In this document: in pieces, positions 18,400 to 24,755 of the stretch
Layout of the letters: every line of letters begins with the position of its first letter
How positions within the stretch are numbered: position 1 is the stretch's first letter
IMG/VR virus record: IMGVR_UViG_3300049436_000050
Span: 1 to 25,144 of that record
Strand: one strand, 5' to 3'
Length of the DNA: 25,144 nucleotides
DNA from: a virus
Translations under genes and position numbers: made by a program
Notes under the pieces: generated by a model
Databases searched by the model: none
What the model was told of the DNA's origin: nothing
The model's input: the letters and a program-made list of their open reading frames with translations, nothing else

Positions 18400-18550
18400 T
18401 TCTTTCTTCAATTAGTTTAGTTAGTTTTAATTCTTTTCTCAATTCGTCCGGTGTAAGACTATCTTCAAGCTTTTTTAATTCTTTTAACTCATCTAAATTG
18501 TTATTGATTTGAGTTAATTTTAAATAGATTAGTTTAAGTATTTCATTCAT
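18380..18550 (-). CDS. Small coiled-coil protein (56 aa; not in the ORF track)
   Basis: ATG at 18550. Translation is MNEILKLIYLKLTQINNNLDELKELKKLEDSLTPDELRKELKLTKLIEERNAKKKN. It overlaps the next small ORF by 20 nt and fills an otherwise empty gap in the operon. Confidence 0.4.
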   Translation of the reverse strand: MNEILKLIYLKLTQINNNLDELKELKKLEDSLTPDELRKELKLTKLIEERNAKKKN

Positions 18551-18586
18551 AAATATATATTTATTTGTTGTCGTTTATTTATTTGT

Positions 18587-19006
18587 TTATAGTTTAATTG
18601 TTTTAAAATCTTTGATGTATGCAATCTCTTTAGTTATCCGTGTTTGATCAAAAATAGATTTTGGATGTTCTACTTTAATAAATTCTAAATCGATCTTTGA
18701 TAAATCTGCTATTTTTATTATATCTGAATTATTGAATGTGAAAATGTAAAGTGGTTTCATTTTTTTGTTTGATGCATCAATAAGAATATTCATATATTTT
18801 GTTTTTTCGATTAACATTAAATCGTTATCAATATATTTTTCATCTCTGTTTTTAATTTCAACTAAAAATATACCTGTTGCGCCTGTTGTATATGCATCGA
18901 TGTTTGAATATTGATCTTCAGTAAATTTCACAGGATAGTTTAATTTATCGCAAAGTTTTTTAAACTTTGATCTTCCTACATTTTCATAATCTTCAAAGGT
19001 TTTCAT
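18587..19006 (-). CDS. PD-(D/E)XK-type nuclease-like protein
   Basis: 139 aa and the first gene of the minus-strand block. It has a D ... E-x-K arrangement (NIDAYTT ... FLVEIKNRD). Confidence 0.4.
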   Translation of the reverse strand: MKTFEDYENVGRSKFKKLCDKLNYPVKFTEDQYSNIDAYTTGATGIFLVEIKNRDEKYIDNDLMLIEKTKYMNILIDASNKKMKPLYIFTFNNSDIIKIADLSKIDLEFIKVEHPKSIFDQTRITKEIAYIKDFKTIKL

Positions 19007-19167
19007 ATCATTTTTAATATAAATACTCCAAAAGTTGAAAAAAATCAGAAATTCTTTTAAATATTTTTTTCATTTATTAATTTATAAATCAATAAGTTTT
19101 GGAGACAATACAAAAAATCTGTTTATAAGATTAAATTAAATAATTATGATAGAGATATGTTTCAATT

Positions 19168-19175
19168 TAACTTTG
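19168..19175 (+). promoter_or_regulatory. Bacteroidota-type -7 box (TAACTTTG = TAnnTTTG)
   Basis: Exact match to TAnnTTTG, lying 37 nt upstream of the stem of the orphan terminator. No good -33 TTG at the expected spacing. Confidence 0.3.
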
Positions 19176-19182
19176 TAATTCT

Positions 19183-19248
19183 GTTTTGATACATTAAATT
19201 TTTAATTTAATAACAGCTAAGGGAATTTCTTTTAGCTGTTTTTTTTTT
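19183..19248 (+). ncRNA. Candidate small RNA of about 65 nt (promoter box to intrinsic terminator), with no ORF longer than 10 codons
   Basis: Bounded by the -7 box at 19168..19175 and the terminator at 19212..19248. No plus-strand gene lies upstream that this terminator could serve. Confidence 0.25.
19212..19248 (+). terminator. Orphan rho-independent terminator in the divergent control region
   Basis: 9-bp stem aacagctaa (19212..19220) / ttagctgtt (19232..19240) with an 11-nt loop. A T10 run spans 19239..19248. Confidence 0.65.
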
Positions 19249-19318
19249 ATGAATTTCTGAATTTTTTGAAATATTGAAGTATTTATATATAGATTAGAAA
19301 AACCCATTTTTTAATCAT

Positions 19319-19353
19319 CCTCTGCTAATTTTAATACATTTCATTAGCAGAGG
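19319..19353 (+). promoter_or_regulatory. 11-bp perfect hairpin in the leader of the primase gene
   Basis: cctctgctaat (19319..19329) / attagcagagg (19343..19353) with a 13-nt loop, followed by tttccttct. It is relatively GC-rich for this genome and lies 78 nt upstream of the ATG at 19431. Confidence 0.5.
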
Positions 19354-19430
19354 TTTCCTTCTAAAAATGTATTGTGAACCAAAACACATAAAAATTTGGA
19401 GGAAAATAATTTTATTAGTACGAATATGAA

Positions 19431-20924
19431 ATGTATACAATTGATTGCAGTTATTTTGATAATGTTAAAGGAAAAAATCACAAACCTTTTGATTTATTAA
19501 ACCTTTCAAAATTCATCAAATCGAATGAATTAAAAGAAATTACACAAAATAAAAGAAAAGAAGACCTACCAATAATTAAACCCTCTGCTTTGATGAATGG
19601 TGGTTTATCTTCTAAAGATGTAATAAAACATAGTTCAGTTCTATATCTCGATATAGATATTAAAGATAATATGCATCTTAATTTTGATAAAAAACGATCA
19701 ACTCCAGCACTTAATGAAACTGTATTTAAAAAGCTAAAAGAAAATACACTTAGATATGATATATATAATGATCCTTATACTTTTCTTGCTTATAAAACAT
19801 TTAGCGGAGGTTTAAGAATATTTGTAATAACAGATTGTTACGACATTACAAAACATTCAATCTATTGGAATAACTTAGCTTTTTACTATTCTAACAGATA
19901 TAACCTAAATTTAGATACTCATTGTAAAAATATAGTCTCAAATACATTTTTATGTTACGATCAAAATGTTTATTGCAATGATTTATCCAGTTTATTCACT
20001 AAAATTGATCCTAATATTATTTATTCCAATGAAGAAAAAAAGTATCAACAGTTACTAGTTAAAGTTGATACTTTTTATACTGATCCTAATACTTCTATTT
20101 CTAATCTAAATCATTCATATTCAATTGACAATGTTAATTTAAGTGATAATGATCAAAATATAGAAGATCAGAAAAAAGTATCAACAGTTACTAGTTTAAA
20201 AGAAAAGATATTGTGTAGTGTTGATACTTTTTTAACACAAACATTGAGATACAGAAGATATATTGCTGAAAATCTTTTCCCAGATCCTGTAAATACACCT
20301 ATTTTTATACCTAATGGTTTGGATACCTGTGATATAGTACTTTATAATGGTTTAGAAATTAAGGAAGGTAAAAGGAATAGTACATTAAGAAGTATATGTA
20401 TAAAGCTTATTTACAATAATCCAAATGTTGAATTTGACATTTTATTAAAAGAGATGCTAATGATAAATACTAAACATTGTACACCCGAACCTTTAGAAGA
20501 TATTGAAGTCAGAAATATAGTAAGATATTTTTATAATAAACATAAAGAAAGCAAGCTATATTTTACAAAATACATCAAAAGAAAGTATGTTTTTTACTCA
20601 ACAAAATATATAGGAAAAATAACAGATGAACAAGAACAAGAATTGATTAAACTATCTAAAATTGATGAAAATAATGATCGATATATAATAGATAAAAACA
20701 TTAAAAAACAAATGCTTAAAACAAATAAACATAAGTTATCAATGAAATGTCTTAAAGAAGGAAAACAAACCAATTATGAGCAAAAAATATATGAAATAAT
20801 TGAAGATTTACAAGGTGAAAAAATAACATATAAAAAAATAGCTGAAAAAATGGGTGTGTCTGAAGTAACAATTAAACGCCGAATGACAAACGAATTAAAA
20901 CAGTTTATGAAAAATAATAATTAA
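19431..20924 (+). CDS. Primase / replication initiation protein: BT4734-like (AEP-type) N-terminal domain plus PriCT domain plus C-terminal HTH
   Basis: 497 aa. Motifs: VLYLDIDIKD (DxD); FLAYKTFSGGLRIFVITD; LDTHCKNIVSNTFLCYDQN; PriCT-like EGKRNSTLRSICIKLIYNN...NTKHCTPEPLEDIEVRNIVRYFYNK; C-terminal ITYKKIAEKMGVSEVTIKRRM. Confidence 0.75.
   Translation: MYTIDCSYFDNVKGKNHKPFDLLNLSKFIKSNELKEITQNKRKEDLPIIKPSALMNGGLSSKDVIKHSSVLYLDIDIKDNMHLNFDKKRSTPALNETVFKKLKENTLRYDIYNDPYTFLAYKTFSGGLRIFVITDCYDITKHSIYWNNLAFYYSNRYNLNLDTHCKNIVSNTFLCYDQNVYCNDLSSLFTKIDPNIIYSNEEKKYQQLLVKVDTFYTDPNTSISNLNHSYSIDNVNLSDNDQNIEDQKKVSTVTSLKEKILCSVDTFLTQTLRYRRYIAENLFPDPVNTPIFIPNGLDTCDIVLYNGLEIKEGKRNSTLRSICIKLIYNNPNVEFDILLKEMLMINTKHCTPEPLEDIEVRNIVRYFYNKHKESKLYFTKYIKRKYVFYSTKYIGKITDEQEQELIKLSKIDENNDRYIIDKNIKKQMLKTNKHKLSMKCLKEGKQTNYEQKIYEIIEDLQGEKITYKKIAEKMGVSEVTIKRRMTNELKQFMKNNN
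20036..20060 (+). repeat. Iteron-like direct repeat, copy 1 (aaaaaagtatcaacagttactagtt)
   Basis: Perfect 25-mer shared with 20172..20196. Here it is read as KKYQQLLV. It is followed 3 nt later by gttgatacttttt (20064..20076). Confidence 0.9.
20172..20196 (+). repeat. Iteron-like direct repeat, copy 2
   Basis: The same 25-mer, read in a different frame as KKVSTVTS. It is followed 23 nt later by gttgatacttttt (20220..20232). Confidence 0.9.
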
Positions 20925-20984
20925 TAATAATATAATTCCGTAAGGGAAATAAATAAAAATAATTTTAAATAAAAAAGAAAACAA

Positions 20985-21389
20985 ATGAAAAAAGTATTAA
21001 TTAACACAGAAAACGGTATTGAAGCATATGATTTGGATAAATATGAATTAATCATATCAACAGAATTTACTGCAAAAGAAAAAGAAGAAATTCTTAAATT
21101 TTATAAAAATTTAACAATAAATGAACTTATTGAGTATATTGAAAACAATACAATTTGTAAATCATTACAAAGTTTAGGTATAAATTCAGATACAAAAAAT
21201 AAAATAGAATCAATAAGATTTATAGAATATCATCGGGAAGTATATAAAATAAATGAAAATGAATTTATTTTACTAAATATAAACACTAATACATTTGTTC
21301 TTGCAAATAAAACAAATGTAATTGACTATGTTAGAACATTTTTGACTGATGAACAAGTGATTGAATTATTAAAATTAGAATGTAAATAA
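20985..21389 (+). CDS. Hypothetical protein (134 aa)
   Basis: ORF 60 nt downstream of the primase gene. No motif recognised. Confidence 0.6.
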   Translation: MKKVLINTENGIEAYDLDKYELIISTEFTAKEKEEILKFYKNLTINELIEYIENNTICKSLQSLGINSDTKNKIESIRFIEYHREVYKINENEFILLNINTNTFVLANKTNVIDYVRTFLTDEQVIELLKLECK

Positions 21390-21612
21390 TATAAATTATA
21401 TGACTAAAGATATAAAATAGGTAGTAACTAACTAAATCGATTGAACTGCATATAATATGAACCCCAAACGGATTTTAATAGTTAAAATCTTTTAAGAAAC
21501 TTCAATAAATGTTAAAGTTTTAATAAAAAATAATTTTACATCGTATAATATGAATGATAATGGGTTTTACTTTAAACTCTGATTTATTTAATAAATTTTA
21601 AAATATATATTT

Positions 21613-21882
21613 ATGGTTGAATTAACAGTATTATTAACAAAAGAAAAATTTGTATTATCATTAATTGGATTTTTCAACGAAGGTGATATAAATAGTTTTA
21701 TTGGTGGATTTATAGGTGAAAGAATTCGTAAATTACAAGAAATTGTCAAAATTTGTGATGTTACATTATCTATTACTAGAATTAATCAATTTATTGAGGG
21801 TGATTTAAATCCTAATTTAGATTGTATTATTACAGAATTTAAAAAAAATTTTTCAGAGGTTAAATTTGTGTTTGATATTTAA
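21613..21882 (+). CDS. Hypothetical protein (89 aa)
   Basis: ORF preceded by a 223-bp gap and followed by a strong hairpin terminator. Confidence 0.55.
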   Translation: MVELTVLLTKEKFVLSLIGFFNEGDINSFIGGFIGERIRKLQEIVKICDVTLSITRINQFIEGDLNPNLDCIITEFKKNFSEVKFVFDI

Positions 21883-21893
21883 AAAATTTCTTC

Positions 21894-21935
21894 ATTAAGC
21901 CTTAATTTAAATATCTTATTAAGGCTTAATTTTTA
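21894..21935. terminator. Bidirectional terminator hairpin between convergent genes (it overlaps the integrase stop codon)
   Basis: 13-bp perfect stem attaagccttaat (21894..21906) / attaaggcttaat (21918..21930) with an 11-nt loop. A T-run follows on the plus strand and an A-rich run precedes it. Confidence 0.65.
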
Positions 21936-23446
21936 TATTCAATTTTCTCGTTGTTATACAAAAAAAACTTACTTCGTTGAGATAAATATATTGTTATAGA
22001 ATTTCCTGCAAAGCTTATAATCTCAACTTTAATAGTTTTATCCTGTTTATTTTCGGTTAATTTTTTTTCATCTTTGGTAATAACAATTCTTTCAATTACC
22101 TGTTGAATATATTCTTTTGAAATATCAAGTTTAACTAATTTATAGAGATTGTTATCAGTTAATGTAAAGTTTGCAAAAGCAATTTTTGAGCTTTTTTTGA
22201 GGTTATTTTCTTTTGTCTGACATTCTTTAAGCATCTTTAAAATTTTGCCCTCTGAGGTCTTAATTATATCACTTTTTCTTTTATATTCGTCTTTGGTAAT
22301 GTTATCAGTTGAAGTATATAAATCAATAAGTTTAGATTGCTGTCTTTCAAGTTTTTTTAATTCAATTTTATAGCTTTGAATTTCATTTAAAAGTTGTTCA
22401 TTTTCTTCAAAATTTATTGTAATTAATTTTAACAAATCTTTTACAAATACATATTTTACTGCATATTCCAGCTTATCAATACTTATTGCAGTATTACCGC
22501 AATTGTCATTATATCGAATACTAATACATTTATAAGAATTATCTTTGCCAGATGTTCTTTTATGTGCAAAATAGGATTTATTACACACACCACATTTAAT
22601 CAATTTTTCATTTAAAAGATATTCAAATTTGCTATTAATGGTTTGTTTGTTATAGTTTTCTTTCCTGATTTTATTAGCTTCTAAATATTGATCTTCTGTA
22701 ATTATAGCAGGTGCGTTAACTATTTCATTTTTAAATCTTCTTTGGCCGCAATAGATTGAATTACAAATAATATCATAAACTACTTTATCCCGCCATTTTT
22801 TATTGGTTCTTGTTGGTATGTTTTTTGAATTTAAAATTGTTGAAATCTTCAAAGTACCTTTACCGTTAAGATACATATCAAAAATTTCTTTAATTATTTC
22901 AGCTTCAATCGGATTAATAACAAGTTTTTTACTAATTTCTGATTCTTTCATATAGCCATAAGGCCACATTTTACCACCTCCAACGTGACCTTTTTTTGCT
23001 GAATTCAGAAGACCTGATTTAGATCGATATTTCATTGTTTCAAGTTCATAAGAATTTATTGATGAAAGTATAGATAAAACCATACTTGATGTATGATTAA
23101 TAGATTTATCAGGGTTTAACGTTTGGATGTTTTCTTTTAGGCTTATTAAACCTATTTGTAGATTGTTTAAAATTTCAATTGTGTTAAGTACTTCTGAAGT
23201 TCTACCTAAACGACTTAATTCTGATACTATAACAAATGAAATTGTATTTTTATTTTCTTTGCAATATTCCAAAAGACTTGTTAAAGCAGGTCTTTTCTTC
23301 TTTTTTCCGCTTTCTTTTTCGGCAAATTCATTGACAATGATATAATTAAACGCTTGGCAATATTGTTTAATATCATTTACTTGTCTTTTGTAATCTTGTA
23401 CAGTGGTCGAAACCCTTGAATATGTGCAAACCTGAATAGTTTTCAT
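21926..23446 (-). CDS. int: Large serine recombinase (phage integrase type)
   Basis: 506 aa. N-terminal resolvase catalytic motif VCTYSRVSTTVQDYKRQ. It also has a recombinase domain, a Cys cluster (CGVCNKSY...YKCISIRYNDNC) and a C-terminal coiled coil. Confidence 0.9.
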   Translation of the reverse strand: MKTIQVCTYSRVSTTVQDYKRQVNDIKQYCQAFNYIIVNEFAEKESGKKKKRPALTSLLEYCKENKNTISFVIVSELSRLGRTSEVLNTIEILNNLQIGLISLKENIQTLNPDKSINHTSSMVLSILSSINSYELETMKYRSKSGLLNSAKKGHVGGGKMWPYGYMKESEISKKLVINPIEAEIIKEIFDMYLNGKGTLKISTILNSKNIPTRTNKKWRDKVVYDIICNSIYCGQRRFKNEIVNAPAIITEDQYLEANKIRKENYNKQTINSKFEYLLNEKLIKCGVCNKSYFAHKRTSGKDNSYKCISIRYNDNCGNTAISIDKLEYAVKYVFVKDLLKLITINFEENEQLLNEIQSYKIELKKLERQQSKLIDLYTSTDNITKDEYKRKSDIIKTSEGKILKMLKECQTKENNLKKSSKIAFANFTLTDNNLYKLVKLDISKEYIQQVIERIVITKDEKKLTENKQDKTIKVEIISFAGNSITIYLSQRSKFFLYNNEKIEYKN

Positions 23447-23473
23447 AGCATATTTTTTTGACGTTTATAACAT

Positions 23474-23504
23474 CAAATATACACTACTTAATTTAATATT
23501 GCAA
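23474..23504 (-). promoter_or_regulatory. Putative integrase promoter (TTG-N20-TATATTTG)
   Basis: On the minus strand, TTG is at 23504..23502 and the TAnnTTTG box is at 23481..23474. The box lies 28 nt upstream of the int ATG. Confidence 0.4.
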
Positions 23505-23559
23505 CATCGTACATAGTAATTTTTAATGTGGCGAGTATAAATAATTGAATGATAATCAT

Positions 23560-23808
23560 TTAAAATAAAAAATAAACTAATAATAATACAATTGAAAGAC
23601 CTGCTAACCACCTATAAAATTTTTCAAAGTGGAATTCCATATCAGGGTTTTTCAAATTTTTTGATCCTAGTGAATTATGATAATCGGTGTGACAATTAGG
23701 GCAAAGTTTGATAGTTTCTTTTGTTTTTCCAAAGGTGCTTTGGGGTAAAATGTGGTGTTCTTGAACTATTAAATATTTTTTACATTTTTCGCAATAGTCC
23801 TTTTTCAT
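23560..23808 (-). CDS. HNH endonuclease with a C-terminal transmembrane segment
   Basis: 82 aa. Zinc-finger HNH pattern CEKC...VQEHHILPQ...LCPNCHTDYH, with a hydrophobic C-terminus WLAGLSIVLLLVYFLF. Confidence 0.65.
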   Translation of the reverse strand: MKKDYCEKCKKYLIVQEHHILPQSTFGKTKETIKLCPNCHTDYHNSLGSKNLKNPDMEFHFEKFYRWLAGLSIVLLLVYFLF

Positions 23809-23811
23809 AGT

Positions 23812-24162
23812 TCAAAATTTAAAGGAAATTCTAAAACAATGAATTTCGGGATCATCACTTATTTTTAAAAATGGAGCTTCAAAAATGAATTCAACTTTTG
23901 AAATGTCTGTTATTTCATTTATTTTTTCTTCCAATTCGCTGTAAAGCTCTTTAGAATTCAATAAACAATTAACTTTATCCTTGTACTCAGTTATATTTAA
24001 ATCTAATTGACCATTAATGTAAAATGTAATTGATATATTGTTGTTTTTCCAGCCAAATATAATACTAGTTTTATTGGAATTAACTTTAACATTTAAATCA
24101 AAAAATTCCTTTAATTTAGGCTCACTGTTAAGTAAAAAATTTAATGTTGAATCTTGATTCAT
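23812..24162 (-). CDS. Hypothetical protein (116 aa)
   Basis: ORF 3 nt upstream of the HNH gene. No motif recognised. Confidence 0.6.
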   Translation of the reverse strand: MNQDSTLNFLLNSEPKLKEFFDLNVKVNSNKTSIIFGWKNNNISITFYINGQLDLNITEYKDKVNCLLNSKELYSELEEKINEITDISKVEFIFEAPFLKISDDPEIHCFRISFKF

Positions 24163-24176
24163 TTTAATTAATTTTG
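24147..24176 (+). promoter_or_regulatory. Putative promoter (TTG-N19-TAATTTTG) for the plus-strand mini-ORF
   Basis: TTG at 24147..24149, then a 19-nt spacer, then the TAnnTTTG box at 24169..24176. The box is 28 nt upstream of the ATG at 24205. Confidence 0.4.
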
Positions 24177-24179
24177 CTC

Positions 24180-24187
24180 CAAATATA
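24180..24187 (-). promoter_or_regulatory. -7 box TATATTTG upstream of the 116-aa / HNH genes
   Basis: The reverse complement of caaatata matches TAnnTTTG, and it is the same 8-mer as the int promoter box. It lies 17 nt upstream of the ATG at 24162. No -33 TTG at proper spacing. Confidence 0.3.
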
Positions 24188-24204
24188 GTTTAAAAAGTAA
24201 TATA

Positions 24205-24309
24205 ATGACATATCAAAAAAATTTAAAAAATAGGTTTAAAGGTTACTTAGTTTTAGGTTTAATAATAATAGTTATAGGATTAGTTTTAAAATTTTTCCAT
24301 TTAATATAG
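24205..24309 (+). CDS. Mini-ORF encoding a 34-aa hydrophobic peptide (not in the ORF track)
   Basis: Translation is MTYQKNLKNRFKGYLVLGLIIIVIGLVLKFFHLI: a basic N-terminus and one TM helix. It has its own promoter-like boxes. The stop TAG lies inside the left arm of the 51-bp dyad. Confidence 0.4.
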   Translation: MTYQKNLKNRFKGYLVLGLIIIVIGLVLKFFHLI

Positions 24310-24354
24310 CTTTAATCCCTTATATACCTAATATATAGTTGATTAAAGCTATAT
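24304..24354. repeat. 51-bp dyad-symmetric element (14-bp perfect arms)
   Basis: atatagctttaatc (24304..24317) / gattaaagctatat (24341..24354) around a 23-nt spacer. The spacer itself contains symmetric tatata/tatata. 20 of 25 position pairs are complementary. No flanking T-runs. Confidence 0.85.
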
Positions 24355-24355
24355 G

Positions 24356-24463
24356 TCAACCTACATTATTTGTATTATCATTTCTTTTATCAAAACTTGT
24401 TAATCCCATTAAACCAGTAATTAAACCGATTAAAGCAATAATAATTGATAAATCATTTTCCAA
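24356..24463 (-). CDS. Possible 35-aa hydrophobic mini-ORF downstream of the XhlA-like gene (TTG start; speculative)
   Basis: Open frame (L/M)ENDLSIIIALIGLITGLMGLTSFDKRNDNTNNVG. It overlaps the XhlA-like stop by 11 nt and ends 1 nt from the right arm of the dyad. There is no ATG start, so this is weak. Confidence 0.2.
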   Translation of the reverse strand: MENDLSIIIALIGLITGLMGLTSFDKRNDNTNNVG

Positions 24464-24734
24464 AAATTTTTAAAGCTGTTAAAACAATTCCCAATGCAGC
24501 ACCAAGCACTGATAATGAGGTTACTATCCATTTATTCACACTCTTTTTTTCTAGCAAATTATCTTCAATTGTTCGAACTTTTGATTCCAATTTTTCCAAT
24601 CGAATGTTGATATTTTTTTTTTCCTCAACGATCTGATCTAGTTTCATATCGATTATTGCGAAGTTCTCTTCTTGTTTGGCTTGATGCAAATCTAATATAT
24701 TTGCAATAAAATCCTTAATTTCAATTAATTCCAT
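24453..24734 (-). CDS. XhlA-like coiled-coil protein with a C-terminal TM anchor (putative lysis-associated)
   Basis: 93 aa. Coiled coil (IRLEKLESKVRTIEDNLLEKK) followed by KWIVTSLSVLGAALGIVLTALKIF. The architecture matches my memory of PBSX XhlA. Confidence 0.4.
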   Translation of the reverse strand: MELIEIKDFIANILDLHQAKQEENFAIIDMKLDQIVEEKKNINIRLEKLESKVRTIEDNLLEKKSVNKWIVTSLSVLGAALGIVLTALKIFGK

Positions 24735-24755
24735 TTCTTTTTATAATAAATTTAT

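Noticed and set aside
19045-19260. 10-bp inverted repeat tcagaaattc (19045..19054) / gaatttctga (19251..19260) as paired operators flanking the control region
   Set aside because: It is a short AT-rich word. Given the number of word pairs in a 424-bp AT-rich region, a chance match is plausible, and there is no further symmetry beyond adjacent A/T runs.
19398-19402. GGAGG as the Shine-Dalgarno sequence for the primase gene
   Set aside because: It lies about 29 nt upstream of the ATG at 19431. The codons at the proper spacing hit a stop quickly, and other genes lack SD motifs.
21471-21490. Short AT-only hairpin gattttaa/ttaaaatc in the 21390..21612 gap
   Set aside because: It is a 7-8 bp all-A/T stem with a tiny loop, which is expected by chance in this composition.
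21451-21554. Direct repeat tataatatgaa (21451..21461 and 21544..21554) as paired sigma-70 -10 promoters or mini-genes
   Set aside because: The ATGs open only 10-12-codon ORFs. TATAAT-type boxes are not the expected promoter form if the host is Bacteroidota. An 11-mer of pure A/T/G in AT-rich DNA is weak evidence.
23127-23345. Plus-strand 72-aa ORF inside the integrase gene
   Set aside because: It is antisense to a confidently identified serine recombinase and has no independent signals.
24445-24636. Plus-strand 63-aa ORF overlapping the XhlA-like gene
   Set aside because: It is an antisense shadow ORF. The minus-strand product has a coherent coiled-coil plus TM architecture.
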